A stretch of 63,220 nt of DNA, the filler included, from Reticulomyxa filosa (taxonomy: Eukaryota; Protista; Foraminifera): the NCBI GenBank assembly GCA_000512085.1. It is 15 parts of 15 records of this genome, joined end to end, with 100 filler letters (N's around TTAATTAATTAA, not from the genome) between each part and the next. Parts side by side here need not be neighbours in the genome. Positions count along the whole stretch, not along the records: positions 1 to 17,403 come from ASPP01010455.1; 14 more parts are not named here. One strand, written 5' to 3'. Shown here piece after piece: positions 1 through 13,864 of this stretch (within the stretch, counting starts at the first letter, position 1; each line of letters begins with the position of its first letter). Both the position numbers and the translations under genes were made by a program. The notes beneath the pieces were generated by a model, which made no database searches, had not been told where the DNA came from, and worked only from the letters and a program-made list of their open reading frames with translations.

Positions 1-209
1 GTTGCTGGCATGGTTTTAATGTGACCAAAAGGGATAAAATAAAAATAAAAAAAAATAAAAACAATTGAAGAAGGAGCAATTTTTTTTTCTTGCATGTGCA
101 AAACACGTGGTCTTGATTGAAAAAAAAAAAAAAAAAAGATAACTGTTTTTTTGTTTGTAACGTATAAATACAATTTCATTAAGTATTTTCTTTGGTAGTT
201 TGAAATGCA

Positions 210-541
210 GTGTTTTATTGCGATGTGTATGTATGTGGTGTCGTAAAGTCGTCCTTGCCGCCGTTAGTAACGCGTGCGAGCTCAGAGGAAAGAAAGAGCT
301 TGGATAACGCGGTAAGCGAAAAAAGGCCAAGCGTGTCAACACGTGCTTTCAGACAGAGTAGAAAAAAACAAAAGTCCAAAGCCATGAAAAAGCTGCAAAA
401 CAAAAACACGGTTGTAAAAGTAGAAAATAATGAGAAAAGTAGCAGCTGTGACAGTAGTTGACTTTTCATTTTTATTTGTGTGTGTTTTTTTTTTTCCTTC
501 ATTTTGTTGTACATGAAAGAGAAAAATTAACAACTGATAAC

Positions 542-580
<39 letters not shown>

Positions 581-1823
581 TTACACAATAGTAAATGATT
601 TGATACCAAAGATAATACAGAATAGTAAATTGATAAAGCAATTCGAAACCAGTAAACAGTGGCTGAACAAAGAAAAGACAAAAAATTTGGAGGAGAATTG
701 GAACGAAAGTGGGAAAAAGAGGGAGACAAGGATGCCTGTCTCTGAAATAGAAACAGAGTCAACAAAAACAAAGCCGTTGAGTTGTAAAAAGAATACAGCT
801 GATGGAAATGAAGACGTCGAAATGATATCGAAAAACGACTATGTTTTGAAAAGTTCAGCACAATTGGCGGTGTTGCTTCAAAGTGGTGACAATAGTGTAA
901 AGACGACCCAATTGTTAGAGACATTGAGTGGGCCTGATATGACGTGCTTGCAATGTCAAAAGTCTTTTAAACAAAGAGCGCATCTGCAAAGACATGTCAA
1001 AGAACAGCACCTTGCAGACGAACCAGATCACGTCTGCACAATTTGCCACAGAGCTACGTGTGTTTTCATGTACACAAATTTATTTGCACTTTATATTTAT
1101 TTACATATACATATATATATATATATTTTTTTTTTTTTTGAACAAGTTTAAGGATGAGAGGACAAATAAAAAAAAAAATGGAAAACAAAAAAACAACAGG
1201 CCTTTCATCAAAAAGCAAATCTGATGTGTCACATGCTGACACATTTGAAAAACCGTATCTATACTCATCCGTTTAAATGTGTACTTTGCGAAGAGCATGG
1301 CTTGGATCGCAAATTTACGCGCAAATCGTCGTTGCGACGGCATGTGGAGAGTAAGCATCCGTCATGCAACAGAGACGCGCCGTGGATCGTCACACAACGA
1401 AAATCGAGGATCATAACTCAATTGTGTGATGAGCTGCACACCAGACATTTGATGGAAAAATATAATGCCAAAAAATGCTTCAAAGAAAGCACAAGTGATT
1501 CGGAGATTAGTCCTCCAGAACGTAGCCGCGACACGAATACCACGTTTCTTCATCCTCCTTCGCCAATCCCTCACTCCACTCCGCACGTTCATCAAGTTTC
1601 TCACTCTCAACTCAGCCAAATCTTTCCTGAGATTTTTTTAGTCCAAAATCCAGAGCTACTCCATCAATTCATGTTTTCCAGAGACAAACAGCTGTCGGTT
1701 GAGCTGATACAACACAATGGCAATCCTTCCGTCCCAGTGCTTGCTCCAGATAACCCATCTATACTTCCATTCATTGCGCAAGATGGCTTCATGGTGAAAA
1801 GCGAAAATGAACCAAAAAGATAA
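210..1823 (+). CDS. Multi-exon C2H2 zinc-finger protein (3 fingers)
   Basis: Fingers CLQCQKSFKQRAHLQRHVKEQH, CTICHR|AFHQKANLMCHMLTH (split by an intron at about 1053-1199) and CVLCEEHGLDRKFTRKSSLRRHVESKH. The 5' exon (210 to about 456) and the true start are uncertain. Confidence 0.8.
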
Positions 1824-2518
1824 AAATTTTTTTTTTTCTCTTCAAGAAAAAAAAAAGATTTAACGAGATTGGGCTGTAATTTTTTTTTTCATTTGACCGT
1901 GTTTCTTTTCTCTTTTTTGCTGGTTTTTTTTTTTCATGTTTAGTGAATTTTTATTTTTTTTCTTTTTTTTTTTGGCGACGTATTTTTTTGCTTGTAGGAT
2001 GGATCAATTTTGCCTGGTGTTTCCTTTTGTTTCTTTGTCTCTTCTTTACTGTAAATCATAACTCCGAAGCAATGGTAATGAAATTTTATACTCTTGTGTT
2101 CATTCGTTACCTGCAAACGGTAAAACAGTCCAGCAATCTTTTCAGCATCAAATTTCTTAATATTTTTTTACGGAAAAATTTAAAGTTTTTGTCTTTTTTT
2201 TTTTGTATGCTTTAAAACTGCAATAGACCTTTTTTTTGCAGAAAAGTGTCAGGTTGAAACTAACTTTTCGTTTACAATAGCAAAAAAAGGTTAAAATAAA
2301 ATTTTTATTTCCCTAATCTAATAAATCGAGGAGGTAAAACCTATTTCGGAATATAAACCAAGCAAAAACTAGCACAATTGTCGCAAGGATCTTTCATCTA
2401 CCATAAGAAGTCCGAAATTATCTTAAAGAAATCATCGATCCATCCAAGTCTTTTCAATTCACAATGAGCAAGCCAATAATACACCACGATGATAGCTTCT
2501 CTTTCGGTCTAAAAAAAA

Positions 2519-3538
2519 TCAGTGATAAGATACGTGAAGTACTTTCGAACAAATATATAAACACATAAAAAATTGTAAAGAGGAAAACAATGTATTAACA
2601 ATTCCAATGATATCTTTGACTTTGATTCTAAAGTGTTTGTCAGTGCGACGCATTCCATTATATCCACCAATGATGTGTATCCACTGGCCATCTTTAGTTA
2701 CTATTGCAAAACCGCTGTCGAGTGGAAAGGGTAACTTGTGAATGCATTGTACCCATTTATTTTTTTTTATAATGTACAGATAAATGGTGTCTGTTGGTTT
2801 CCTTGTTTGGCAGTTGTAGCCACCCAATAACACTACGAAACCATTAATGCAAATATACGAATAGCCCAATGTGTGTTGTAGTTCCAGACAAATAGTTAAA
2901 TTCTGGTACTCCAATGTGTTCTGCATTTCATCATAGCGGATACGTAGACCATTCTGGAGGCAAAACACAAACAGTCCATCTTCGTCTTGCACAAAACAAC
3001 TTCGATTGCCAAGTCTTAAAGAGAACAAGTTTACTTTTGCTATCTCTTGAAGTGTCTCTACATCTAATACAGTTATGTAGGTCGGATAGTTCAATACAAA
3101 CATGAATTGATTTTTGCTTCCGCCTATCAAACTACGTACAAAACCAAGGGAATGTGTTGGAGCGGCAATCTCTTTGGGAGCATCCCTCCATTCATTTTTG
3201 TTTTCGCTATTTTCATCCCATACGCTTTTATACTTCATTACCAATGTGTGTTTTTTATACCCTCCAAATGATATCAAAGTCGCCTCCTTTGAACTACCCT
3301 CGCATATGATTACGGAATGAGCGCGTGGTATATTTTTGAGATAGTTGCAAATAAATTTATATGCATCCTTTTTTATGTGATATGAATAACAGCCATCTAC
3401 GTCTACACCTCCGCAAATCAGAATTTCTTCTCCAAGCAGCACACATTGAGTCCAATTCAAGGCAACTGGCAGGTCGCACAAAAATTGACAGATTGGACCT
3501 GATGCTTCAGCTGAATCACTATCTTGTAAAGCTTGCAT
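2519..3538 (-). CDS. Kelch-repeat beta-propeller protein
   Basis: Repeated GG Kelch motifs (ILICGG, LISFGG, SLIGGS, VLLGGY, IHIIGGY). Clearly paralogous to the Kelch part of 26511-27756. The true 3' end is probably spliced. Confidence 0.8.
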   Translation of the reverse strand: MQALQDSDSAEASGPICQFLCDLPVALNWTQCVLLGEEILICGGVDVDGCYSYHIKKDAYKFICNYLKNIPRAHSVIICEGSSKEATLISFGGYKKHTLVMKYKSVWDENSENKNEWRDAPKEIAAPTHSLGFVRSLIGGSKNQFMFVLNYPTYITVLDVETLQEIAKVNLFSLRLGNRSCFVQDEDGLFVFCLQNGLRIRYDEMQNTLEYQNLTICLELQHTLGYSYICINGFVVLLGGYNCQTRKPTDTIYLYIIKKNKWVQCIHKLPFPLDSGFAIVTKDGQWIHIIGGYNGMRRTDKHFRIKVKDIIGIVNTLFSSLQFFMCLYICSKVLHVSYH

Positions 3539-3871
3539 TATTTATTTATCCTCTCTTTCAAAACGAAGGAGAATCTTAATCGAGAGTGTTTTTTATATTT
3601 CTTCATTAATACCTGATAGGCAATCTTGGCATCAAACTGATCGAAAAGAGTAAGTTTTCAAATCTGCGTAATATGAAACGAAAAGAGTGTTATTGATCAC
3701 TTTTAAAGTTTGCAGAAAATATTCTATTAATATATTAAGTATAAACATTTTTTTGATAGAATGATTGATTTATTTAGTTTAACTACAATTTTGCAAGATC
3801 TGTGGCAGATGTATTATAGTTAATTTTTTAGGACGAAAAAAAGGAAGAAAAAGCCACCTTTAAAAAAATGA

Positions 3872-5790
3872 ATGGGAGACGATCATTACGATCTATCGTT
3901 CCAACTTATCGCTGTTTTGTGGATACTTGTGAATTTTCTTTTATTTATTGTCATCAAAAAAAATTGTTTTGTCTGCAAACAAAAAGCGGCACCAGGAGTG
4001 AGACAGTTCGATTCAATCGAGTCTGTCGTCACGTATTACGAGCAAATTATCTGTCGCTTAAAAAAACTGGCGACGGATGCGACTCTAAAAAAATATCATC
4101 GTGTTGACGCAACAAGTTTTCGAAAATTGATCGAATGGGTGAACTTCAAAGAAGGCAACATCAAAGGTGGGTTTTTTTAAAATTATTGTCGCTTTTAATT
4201 TGAAATGCAAAACTAAAAAAAAACTACAAAAAATTGGATAAAAAAAACTAAAGTATTGGAAGATGCATGGACAGATCCTTGTTTTTGGCCTTTTTTGGAA
4301 ACAATGGAAGCAGCAAAATTGGTACAAGATGACCCTTCTCAATTAGTGATCCGTTTGTCGAATACACATCCTGGCACCATCACTGCAACGAGACTTGGCA
4401 AGGTTGTTTATAACGTATACTACTTGTGCTTTGAAGTACTTCTTTATTAGAAGGTTTATCTTTGTTTTGTTTTTCTTTTATTTTTATTGTGTGGGATGAA
4501 ATACCAGGCAATGCACGGAAAAGGCAAATACAAAAGATTTGAAGCACAGGTAAAACATAAGCGTTATGTAGTCAATAATGAAGGGACATTACTATTAATG
4601 AATGAAAATGACAATCAAGAAGTATCGTGGCAAGGGCTAATCCGTTATTTGTTGGTGTGCGAATGCAATATTTGTTTGCAAGAAATCCACAATGCCATGG
4701 ACAATACAATGTTGCCATGCAAACATTGTTTTCATAAGTTTGTTTTTTTTTTGGATTATTCATAGCTCCCTTCTCCCTACAAAAAAAAAAAAAAAAAAGA
4801 AAAAGAAAAGAAAAGAAAAGCATATGCGCACAAAATAAAAACATGATTGCGTTTGTGTGTTTGTACTGAATATGTTTTGAGGGGGCGAGTAGAACATGCT
4901 TGAGCTCATACCTGTTGTACCTGCGTCGCCTAGGCACAGAGAGGCAGTGCGCATGCTGTCGCCTTTCATTTCGAAAAATGAAATGGGGTGAATGTGCTAA
5001 CACGATCACACGCTCAGATTCAAATGGCTCAAAATCATTGAGTGATGTCTCTGCTGCAAACAAATGCATTGAAAATGTGCAAACTTTGGAAAGTCATAAA
5101 GCCGAGGTGTTATCGATGAAGTCCGACAAAGAAGAAGAAAAAAATGAACTTGAGGGAGAAGGAAAGGAAGAACTTGGTGAGGATTACGATGATGATAATG
5201 ATGATGATGATGATGATGATAATGATAATGATAATGATAATGACAATGACAATGACAATAATAATAACAATAATGATAATGACAATGACAATAATAACAA
5301 TAATAATAACAATAACAACAACATTAATAATAATGATAATAATGATGAAAAAAAGGAAGCATTTCCAATAACGGTCAACAAGGAATGTAAACAACAATCA
5401 AGTGGTCTGGAGAAGACGGCAAGTACTTTGCATTGGCATGGTGGTACTGAGCAGCCACTAACACATTTGCAAGTGACTTTCGCAGACGGCAATATCCAGT
5501 CCGGATGTGGTACGCATGGCACACCTTCACAACTCGAAGAAATGCGAAGATATCCACTCACTCAGGTACAGCAACACTTGCACCCCCAATGGCAGCCATT
5601 GCCAAAAAGCTTGCAACCGGATACGGTGAGAAATTCATCTACACATCTACCTGTGTCCAAGGATGGGCAACCAAGTCCTATTCAATCCTCGCCGCAGAGA
5701 CAACAAGCAAATTTGCTTCAAAGATTTGGATTCATCAAAAACAATCCAAAAAAAGATATTGAACCAACAGACTTAGCCAAAAAAATGTAA
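3872..5790 (+). CDS. Hypothetical multi-exon protein with N-terminal TM helix and Asp/Asn low-complexity tract
   Basis: Co-oriented ORFs 3872-4180, 4256-4450, 4487-4765 and 4900-5790 separated by poly-A/T GT..AG segments. No recognisable domain. Confidence 0.5.
5189..5345 (+). repeat. Coding trinucleotide repeat (GAT/AAT/GAC), poly-D/N tract
   Basis: Directly visible. Confidence 0.9.
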
Positions 5791-6611
5791 ATTGCGCACT
5801 TTGATCTTTTATTTTGTTTTTGTCATTTTTTAATTGTTGTTTGTCCTCTCTTTAATTTTTTTGGATTAAAAAAAAAAAAGAGGGAAAATGTTAGTTTGGG
5901 AAAGGGAAAAAACTAGTAAATTTTGGGTATGAAGTCTCAAAAGGTTTTGTAGTTGTTTATTTTTGAAAGATTTAAAGTTGCTCCCAACAATGTTAAAGGT
6001 TATCCAGTTCTCCTCTCAAACAACGATACTTTGTTTGGTTTTGATCGTTGTCAGGTGGCTTGTGTTTGGTTTGTTTTTCTTCGTCAGACAAATGTACATT
6101 TGTTGGGTGGACATATTTCTTTTGTGATTCACAAATTTCATAATGCACTAGTTTCATTACATCATTGTCGTACAACACCGTTTTTGATTGAATCATAGAA
6201 CTTGACAGTATAATCAATTGATAGCAATATATTTTGAAACTGTTAATTTCGTTTGAATTAATTTTCGTTATTTTGCTTTAGTTATTAATCATGAAATATA
6301 ACACCAACAAATGTAGAACTAGATTCTTTTGTTGTTCGTTGATTTATCTAATTTTTCATAACAATTTCCAAATATTTTACAATTGCATTTAGAAAAATAT
6401 TAGTTGTTGGAAATCACCATTTAGGATACACAGCAGAAATAGTTTTGGTGTTAGACTAGACTAAAAGTGTCAATGCTAGCGAAAAAAAGTGTTTACTTAT
6501 TTAATAATAGTCCTTTAGTTTATTAAATTGTGATTTATTTGCGACATGATGCCTTTCCTTTTTCATAAGGAAGAAAAAAAAATTTTGGAAAAGAATAACA
6601 AAATGGTCTCA

Positions 6612-9209
6612 TTATTTAAAATAGAGTTTTGATGAAGCTCGGTTTGGAAACAAAGCGAAATATTGAATCCAGGGCGCAAGTTTCAAGTCGAACCAGTCTG
6701 CGAAGGCTTGCATTTTTGAGTTGTAGACATTTTCATCATTACCAAAAGCCCATTTCATCAAGAGTTTGAAAATAAAGTCATTTGGAATGCGATCGAGGTC
6801 TGTCTTTGAAAAGGCGAGCACAATATCTTCGATTTGAGCATGATCTGCACCAACTTTTCCCAGCCACATTTTTCTCACAGTCATATCAATAAAATGGCGG
6901 AGGTGAAAAGAAACAATTTGTACTAATCCATTTTTTTGATATTTGTAATTGATCAACTTTAGTGAGTCATAAAATGTCATGTCACTTTGTCTCATTCCAA
7001 TATTAATACACCATATTCTAGCGTTTTCATTCTTCGGCCATTTTATGACTTTGAACAAAGTCGCTTTTTATTATTTGTTTGTGTATTATCCTTTCAACTG
7101 CCGAGTACGTGTATACCTCACCATAAAATGAATACATTGCTTATTTGTTTATAATTGATAACTTACAGCGAATTCGAAAGCCCACGATGAGATTGCATTC
7201 ACTTAAATCAATACAAATGTCATCGTTAATTCCGTTGATGGAGAGCCAATGAACAGTTTTTGGAATTTTAATAGTTATATAGGTTGGCACATGCCCAGAG
7301 ATATGAGAAAATGGAAGCATAGAACCTGATAAAGAATGTTTTTGTCCTTTCAAACGTAGTCCTTTTAATGGGACATTATTGGCGGCACAAACATCCAATA
7401 TATTTCGGATGATACTGTAAACAGTGTCTTTCGGTTCACCACCAGTTGATTTGAGAGCTGTTATCTGTGTCCAACCATGTCGTAACAGTGAATGTATGGA
7501 TTTCCGGTTCTTTGTAGTCGAAGAGAGGTCTTTGTGGAAGACTCCAAGCTCCAACAGAGTTAAGTTTTGAAAGCACTGGTGTTGAAAAAAACGCTTGGGT
7601 CCTGTTGCAATTGGCCTTCCATACGTACATGAATTACATTGGCAAATTTTGGATAATTCAATAATTGGTAGTTCAGTGGGATGCACTGGAGAAATTGCAA
7701 GGATCGAAAAAAAGAGCAAGCCAAGGTCAATGCTTTGACTATTTTTACAACACTGTCATTTGATTCGACGTCTTGAGTCAAACCTCTTTCCTTCTGTTCG
7801 ATCCGATAAATCAAACACAGTGACAAAGTGCAAACAAAGTACTAATTTTAATAATACTTGCAATAATAATAATAATAATAATAATAATAAGTAGTGTAAC
7901 TGTAGTCTTCTGTACTTTTTCGCCAGACTCTTTTTTTGGATTCGGACTTGGCACGACAAAATCAAATGCATCGCCTATATTAAGATTTTTGCTCCAATCA
8001 CTAGTGACTTGCGGTGGATCTTCCGTTTTGTCCACAGACCAGATATTGCTTTTTTTTTTTTTTTTGCGTTGAAACATAACAAAACAAATTTGTACAACTT
8101 CAAAACTTACCCTCTTTCCTTTTTCCTCCAAAAAAAAAAACATGCATCTTTTGCCTTATCGCTCTCAAATTAACTTGGCTCTGGCGGTTGATCAAACTCA
8201 AATGAAAATTGAGAGATCTCCCCCGTTTCGAGTTGAAATGACTGCGCGTCGGTGTTGATATCACTATTTTGGGCTTCAGTTGAGCAAAAATATAACAAAA
8301 TACGTACAATCACAAGCAAGTCAATACTAAAAAAAAATAATAAAAAAAAAAAAAAGCCTTTGATACCATTGATATCAGGAATTGTAAAGTTAGAATTGGC
8401 ATTCACCGTGCCATTTGAAAAGTCGAAGCCAATTTGCAAATCATTGCCATCAGAAGATCCCCAACCTTGTAGTTCTTCTCTGGTCTCGAAGGAGAAATAC
8501 TTGCTCTCCGACAATTTTTGTCCTATTTTTTTTTTTCTTCTCTCAAAAAAAAAAAAAAAAAAAAATGTATGTAATGTGCCGCACCTAAGATTTGACATTT
8601 TTTAAGACGATGCCATGGAAACGAGACACGAAAAGGATCCATCGAAGTTTGAATGTCGAAAGAAACCGACAATTTGACAAAGCATTCGTTGTGATCCACC
8701 TGGAATAGGAGGTCTCGCCCGATTGCATACGGTGTATCGATCAACTCATTAACCATCAACGTATAATGCTTAAACACACTTATGTCAGTAGTCATCACAC
8801 GATGTATCCTTTTCGACAGAATCGGTAAATACGCGTAGTGACAGGAATGCAAAAACGTTATAATGTAGGCCAAAATATGTGATGGCAGTACATCCTCTAA
8901 GCTCATCACATTGAAATATAGCCCAATAATTGAACAGTTCTGTTCCGGAACTGATCTTTGCTTGTTCCGAAAGACTTCCTCAATACGCATTTTTAATATC
9001 TCCTTCAGATAATCTACACCGTACAACATTTTCAAAAAAGGAATTAAATCGTTTAAATTTGATGCCTTCTGGCTTCTCTCGACAATTTGTTCGTACATGA
9101 AATACTCGCTTAATATTATCCTGTCCAATACGTCTTTTGAATCACTTTTTATCACTTTGTTTGTTTTTGAAGACATCCTGCCCACTCTATAACCACGAAG
9201 ATTTTTCAC
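6612..9209 (-). CDS. Putative multi-exon F-box-containing protein
   Basis: Exon 8523-9209 contains F-box-like LEDVLPSHILAYIITFLHSCHYAYLPILSKRIHRV. Further minus-strand ORFs run to 6612, separated by poly-A and (ATT)n introns. Joining them into one gene is inferred. Confidence 0.5.
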
Positions 9210-9699
9210 TAAACAGCACCTTGGCTCCTCTTAACAACACCAAATCCCTCTCCTCGTTTGGATGGGCCTTAACCAAAAATGTTCGATAATTGCAACGAGG
9301 AAAAAACCTCAGCTAAAAAGTCTTGTTGTGAACTAAGTTTACGACTTCTGCACCGTTTCCACAAGTGGTTTTGCAATAAGTTTGTGTTTATAAAAGAAAA
9401 TGTTAGTGTACTACCAACACTGGGCATTTTTGTGCCATTTAAGAAAAAAGCTAACAAATGTTGAACGGAACAAATTAGATTTTGATCAGAATTAATGTAT
9501 TTATATTCCAAATGGTTACTTAGCTCTTTCTATAAATGCAATAACGTAGTTATACTTTTAATTTGCGTTTCAACTTTTAAATGGAAACAGAGGCAACATT
9601 TTCTTGATTTCGATCCTCGTTAAAGAAGACAAACTTTTCTTGAACTGACGAAGAACTTTAGAAAAATTCCAATAAGGAAGAATTGAATATAGAGAAATC

Positions 9700-11283
9700 T
9701 TGAGGCAATACTACCATTTTCGGACGAGTCGCGACCCTCATCGCTCAAATGGTCGCAAAATACAAATAGGTGGAATTTTGCAAGACGAGGTCTCGACTCA
9801 ACCAGAGAATACGTTTTCTCGTCGTGGAGTTTCAATTCCAATCAATAGTGCATTGGACAATAAAGAACACACAGAAAGTGGTTTCTTAAAACAACACAAT
9901 TCCAAAACGTTGAAGCACATACGAAGACAGCTTTCAATCGCAATAAGACAACGTTGGTTATCCCTTCTACTTTTGGGACTAGGTGCATGTCTATTGATTT
10001 TTTTGCTGACCGGGCCAATTAATGTACATCCAGTATTGCATTTCCATACAAACGTCCCAAAAGGCTATCGCACCAATTTGCGTAGAACAAGTGAGTTGTT
10101 AGAAATTTTGCAAACGAGACAAACAAAAGACGACAAAGAGTATCTACCCAATTTAATTTCAGTGTACAAAAACAATTTTGCTAATCATACCAAAGTTTCT
10201 AACTGTAATAAGAATAGCAGTGCAGGGTTGTTGCACTGTTTTGAGAGCATGCCTCATGGGAATTTTTTATTGCCAATTGACAATAAAGCGCAAGTATTTC
10301 AAAGGTGTTTTTTTGTTGTTTTAAAATAGATAGGTAGCTAGGTACCCCCCCTCCCCCCCCCCCCCTTCCTCTTTAAAAAAAAAAAAAAATGAACCTAATA
10401 TCTGATCTCTTATAACATAATCCTTTTTCCTCACTCTTGCATCCACCTTCCCAAAAAAAAAAAAAAAAAAAGATGTAAGTTAAAACGGTATTTGGATGTG
10501 TTAAAACCGTCCTTTCGTGAACCGACAGAAACCAGCAATTTAACATATATTCACGTACACAAATGCGGTGGGACATCGATAATCGAACTGTATGAACATT
10601 TGTATGCAACAGGGAAGATTCCTTATTTGTATGCTCCCCACGACGTGGTGGAAGAGTTTTACACAATCACGCCAAGCAAACAAAAGTATTTGTACTACAC
10701 ATTTGTGAGAGATCCAATATCTCGTATGATCAGTAGCTATTTTGAAATCCATCGACGTGGTATTGGCCTCGACTTTGGACAAGGATTGACTGGACTCGGA
10801 AACTTGTTGTTGGATATGTACACACGCAAACACAAACACAATGAATTTCCTTGGCGGATCAATCATCATGTGTGGCCACAAATGTTATTTTTGGTTGACA
10901 AAATTGGTAATCCTTTGCCAATTGATTACATTGGCCGCATGGAATCTATGGAGGTCACGCTACCATATTTGCTTGAACATTTCACCAAAGGCAACAATGC
11001 TACACAAATTATTGAATATTTGGCCACCAATCAATTTCGTAGTCGTACCAAAGATTCTAATTATATCAACGAAATCATGGCAAAACCTGTTTTGCAAACT
11101 GATACTGCCATCACCATTGATCGCTTGACTGCTCAAATCATTTTGTTGATTTGTGATTTGTATTGGATTGACTTCTATTGTTTAGATTTGGAATTACCCC
11201 AACGTCATCAAACAGAGTGCCAGAAAATTATTGACACCAATTTGCAAAAATATGGTGAACAATTCAATGATTTTTCAAACTAA
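9700..11283 (+). CDS. Type II membrane sulfotransferase (Sulfotransfer_2 / carbohydrate sulfotransferase-like)
   Basis: 5'-PSB motif YIHVHKCGGTSI, 3'-PB motif FVRDPISRMISSYFE, plus HVWPQ and DYIGRME. Single TM helix (LSLLLLGLGACLLIFLLTG) in the upstream exon; intron at about 10304-10472. Start uncertain. Confidence 0.85.
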
Positions 11284-11799
11284 TAGCTCTTTTTTTTTTT
11301 TGGCAAATTAGCCTCAAAAAAAAAAAGAAAAAGACTGAACTATTTCTAAATTGTACATTGTTTGATGGCTGGCGCTTTTCCGCAACATCCATCCCCCCCT
11401 CACTCTTCACATAGGCTTTACATCTTAGCGCAAATAACGAAAAGATCAAACTTTTTTGTTGTTTGCACTTGTTACATGTTTGACACACAAAGTGAAACAA
11501 AAAAAAGTCCTTGCTTTTTGTTTTCCTTTTGGGTCGACTTGTTTGCAATACAACATTTTCCCATTTTTAACACTTTTCTCAGTAAATTCATCCATCTTTT
11601 GGCAAATTTCTACACACAATATTTGCCATCAAGAAAGAACTAACTTTAGTGATCCTAACCGGAAAGGTAGTACAGCGAACAAAAATATTTCCAATTATCC
11701 AATGACAAGAAAATTTCTGTGATTTTAGTGTGTCAGTAGTTTACCCAAAAAGTTCGAATTGTGATTTGTTTTATATCCCAAGAAGAATTTTAGCTAAAA

Positions 11800-13279
11800 A
11801 TGTCACAGACAACACATCTTCCATCTTATCACTATGGCAGAACATATGCCGGATCAATTATCTTCACCATAACGGCATTTTTAAGCGTGACAGTAACTTT
11901 TTTGGCTTGTGGATACACAATAAAAAATAATCATGTACCCAAGGGCGAAAGATAACTCGTTGAGTTGTGGATACAAAATTGCCAATTTGAGTGTAGTGGG
12001 TCTTTATTTCTTGTGTGCGCTGTCGCAAAGTTTGTGGATGGTAAACGCACAGTTGGACCAATGGCCTCCTGCAGTATATGATACACTACAAGGACTTGCT
12101 ATTATAACATGGGCAGCGGCAAGGATCACATTTTTTTTCATTTGGATTGACAGGCAATTTAAAAAATATATATATACATATAAGTATACACATGTACATT
12201 GTTCTGCCAGTATGACAAATTTTTTTTTTTTTTTTTTTTGATACAAGGGGGAAGGTATACGTATACATTTTTAACGTTGAACAAATTTGTTGATACTTTC
12301 AAAACAGATTGCATGAAATATGTCGAACAGCTCTGGATAAAAATTTTCAGTATCCAGCGTGGCTGTTTGCCTGTTTCAGAGGACTTTTAGTACTTTGTAT
12401 TTTTGCAGCATTTGCAGGTTGTATATTGTTGTTGATATTTGGAAGTGTCAGCACGTTCTTAATTTTGGGTGGTGTTTCTGTATTGTTTGATATTTTCCTG
12501 ACCTTAATGTTGATGTATTTATTTCAAAAAAAATTGCATCAGGTACGAAAAGCTACAAAAAAAAAAAAAAAAAAGAGGGGAGAGAAAAAAAGAAGGGGAA
12601 AAAAAAAAAAAAATACACAAAAAAAAAAAAAGTTAATAATCTCGCATAAAGTGCTGTCTACTACAAATACATTATCTAGTGGTGATCACAGAGTTATAAA
12701 AATGTTGGGCAAATTCACATTTCTGACCACACTTAGTTTTTTATGTAATTTGGTATTAGCAATCTCAACACTTGTGAGATTGGCCTCTGAAAACAACAAT
12801 AACCCCGATCCATTATTCTATTTTGTGGTATTTATGTTTGTCATGTGCTGCAGTGTCAATTCAATCGGTAAGAAAATGTTATTGTTTGTATACTTATATA
12901 CCTTTTTTGTATCTTATTTCTTTATTTTTTGGATATGTCTCCATTGTATTTTTAAAAAATAGTATTATTTATGCAATTTCGCTTTGCAGATGATTTCTAC
13001 CGCCGCTTGTGTAAACCTTGCTATTCATTGTTTTATCGCTTTGATACCACAAATACCTTAAACTTACTCGAAAGAGAACGTAATATGTCACAAACTATTC
13101 CTTCTGAGCTGCTACACTTACCCGATAAGCCTGTTCAGGAACCTGTTAAATCAACTGAGGAGACGACTAGCCAACTTTCTCTTTTCTATGGCATGCCTGA
13201 TCCTGAACGAAATCCACATTTTCATTCTGTCGATAGTACTTCTGTTATCAAAACTGACGTAACTCCGAATGAGGAGTGA
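11800..13279 (+). CDS. Seven-transmembrane (GPCR-like) protein, multi-exon
   Basis: Seven hydrophobic segments across exons from ATG 11800 (MSQTTHLP...), with a polar C-terminal tail. Needs a 1-nt correction in the A-run near 11922 plus several GT-AG introns. Confidence 0.65.
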
Positions 13280-13864
13280 TATTCAATCAATACTATTTGT
13301 TTTTTCTTTTGGTTTTTTGTTTCCTTCCCCCAACAGAAAAGGCATATCCATCCGCTTGCATGTTCATATTGTATTTGTATTTTCCTTGGGATGACATAAA
13401 GTCAAAACAAAAAACAATTTGATAAGGTTAAAGTTCATAGCTAAAAATTAAATCTTATGCAATTTTAGGTTTTCATTTTTTTTCATCTTTTTTTTCTACT
13501 TAAACACAAAATATGTTGTAAACGTTGAAATTTTTTAGGCACAACTTGGTCACAACAAAATTTTTTCATCATCTGCTTTCCAAGAAATTGTATTTGTTGC
13601 GTTTGTAAATATTTTGAGTGTGTTGGTTGGCGTGTTATTTCATTGTTCATATTTTCGTACGAAAATTTTGGTGAAATGTCTATGGATGGATTGAAACAAA
13701 CAAATAACGTTTCAGTAGTAATAAGAAGTAATGCAAGAAAAAAATTCTTTCAACTACAAATTAGGAGAAAGTTTCGTTTTCTACCAAGTAAGTGAATTTT
13801 GTTGTGCAAGAGCAAGTAGCTGTGTACCGAAAGTACTAAGTAGACCCTTTTTTTGATATAGACT

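Noticed and set aside
5110-5561. Poly-Ile, poly-Leu and poly-Met ORFs (also at 15441, 16685, 16698, 59649, 59743)
   Set aside because: Shadow frames of (AAT)n and (GAT)n coding repeats.
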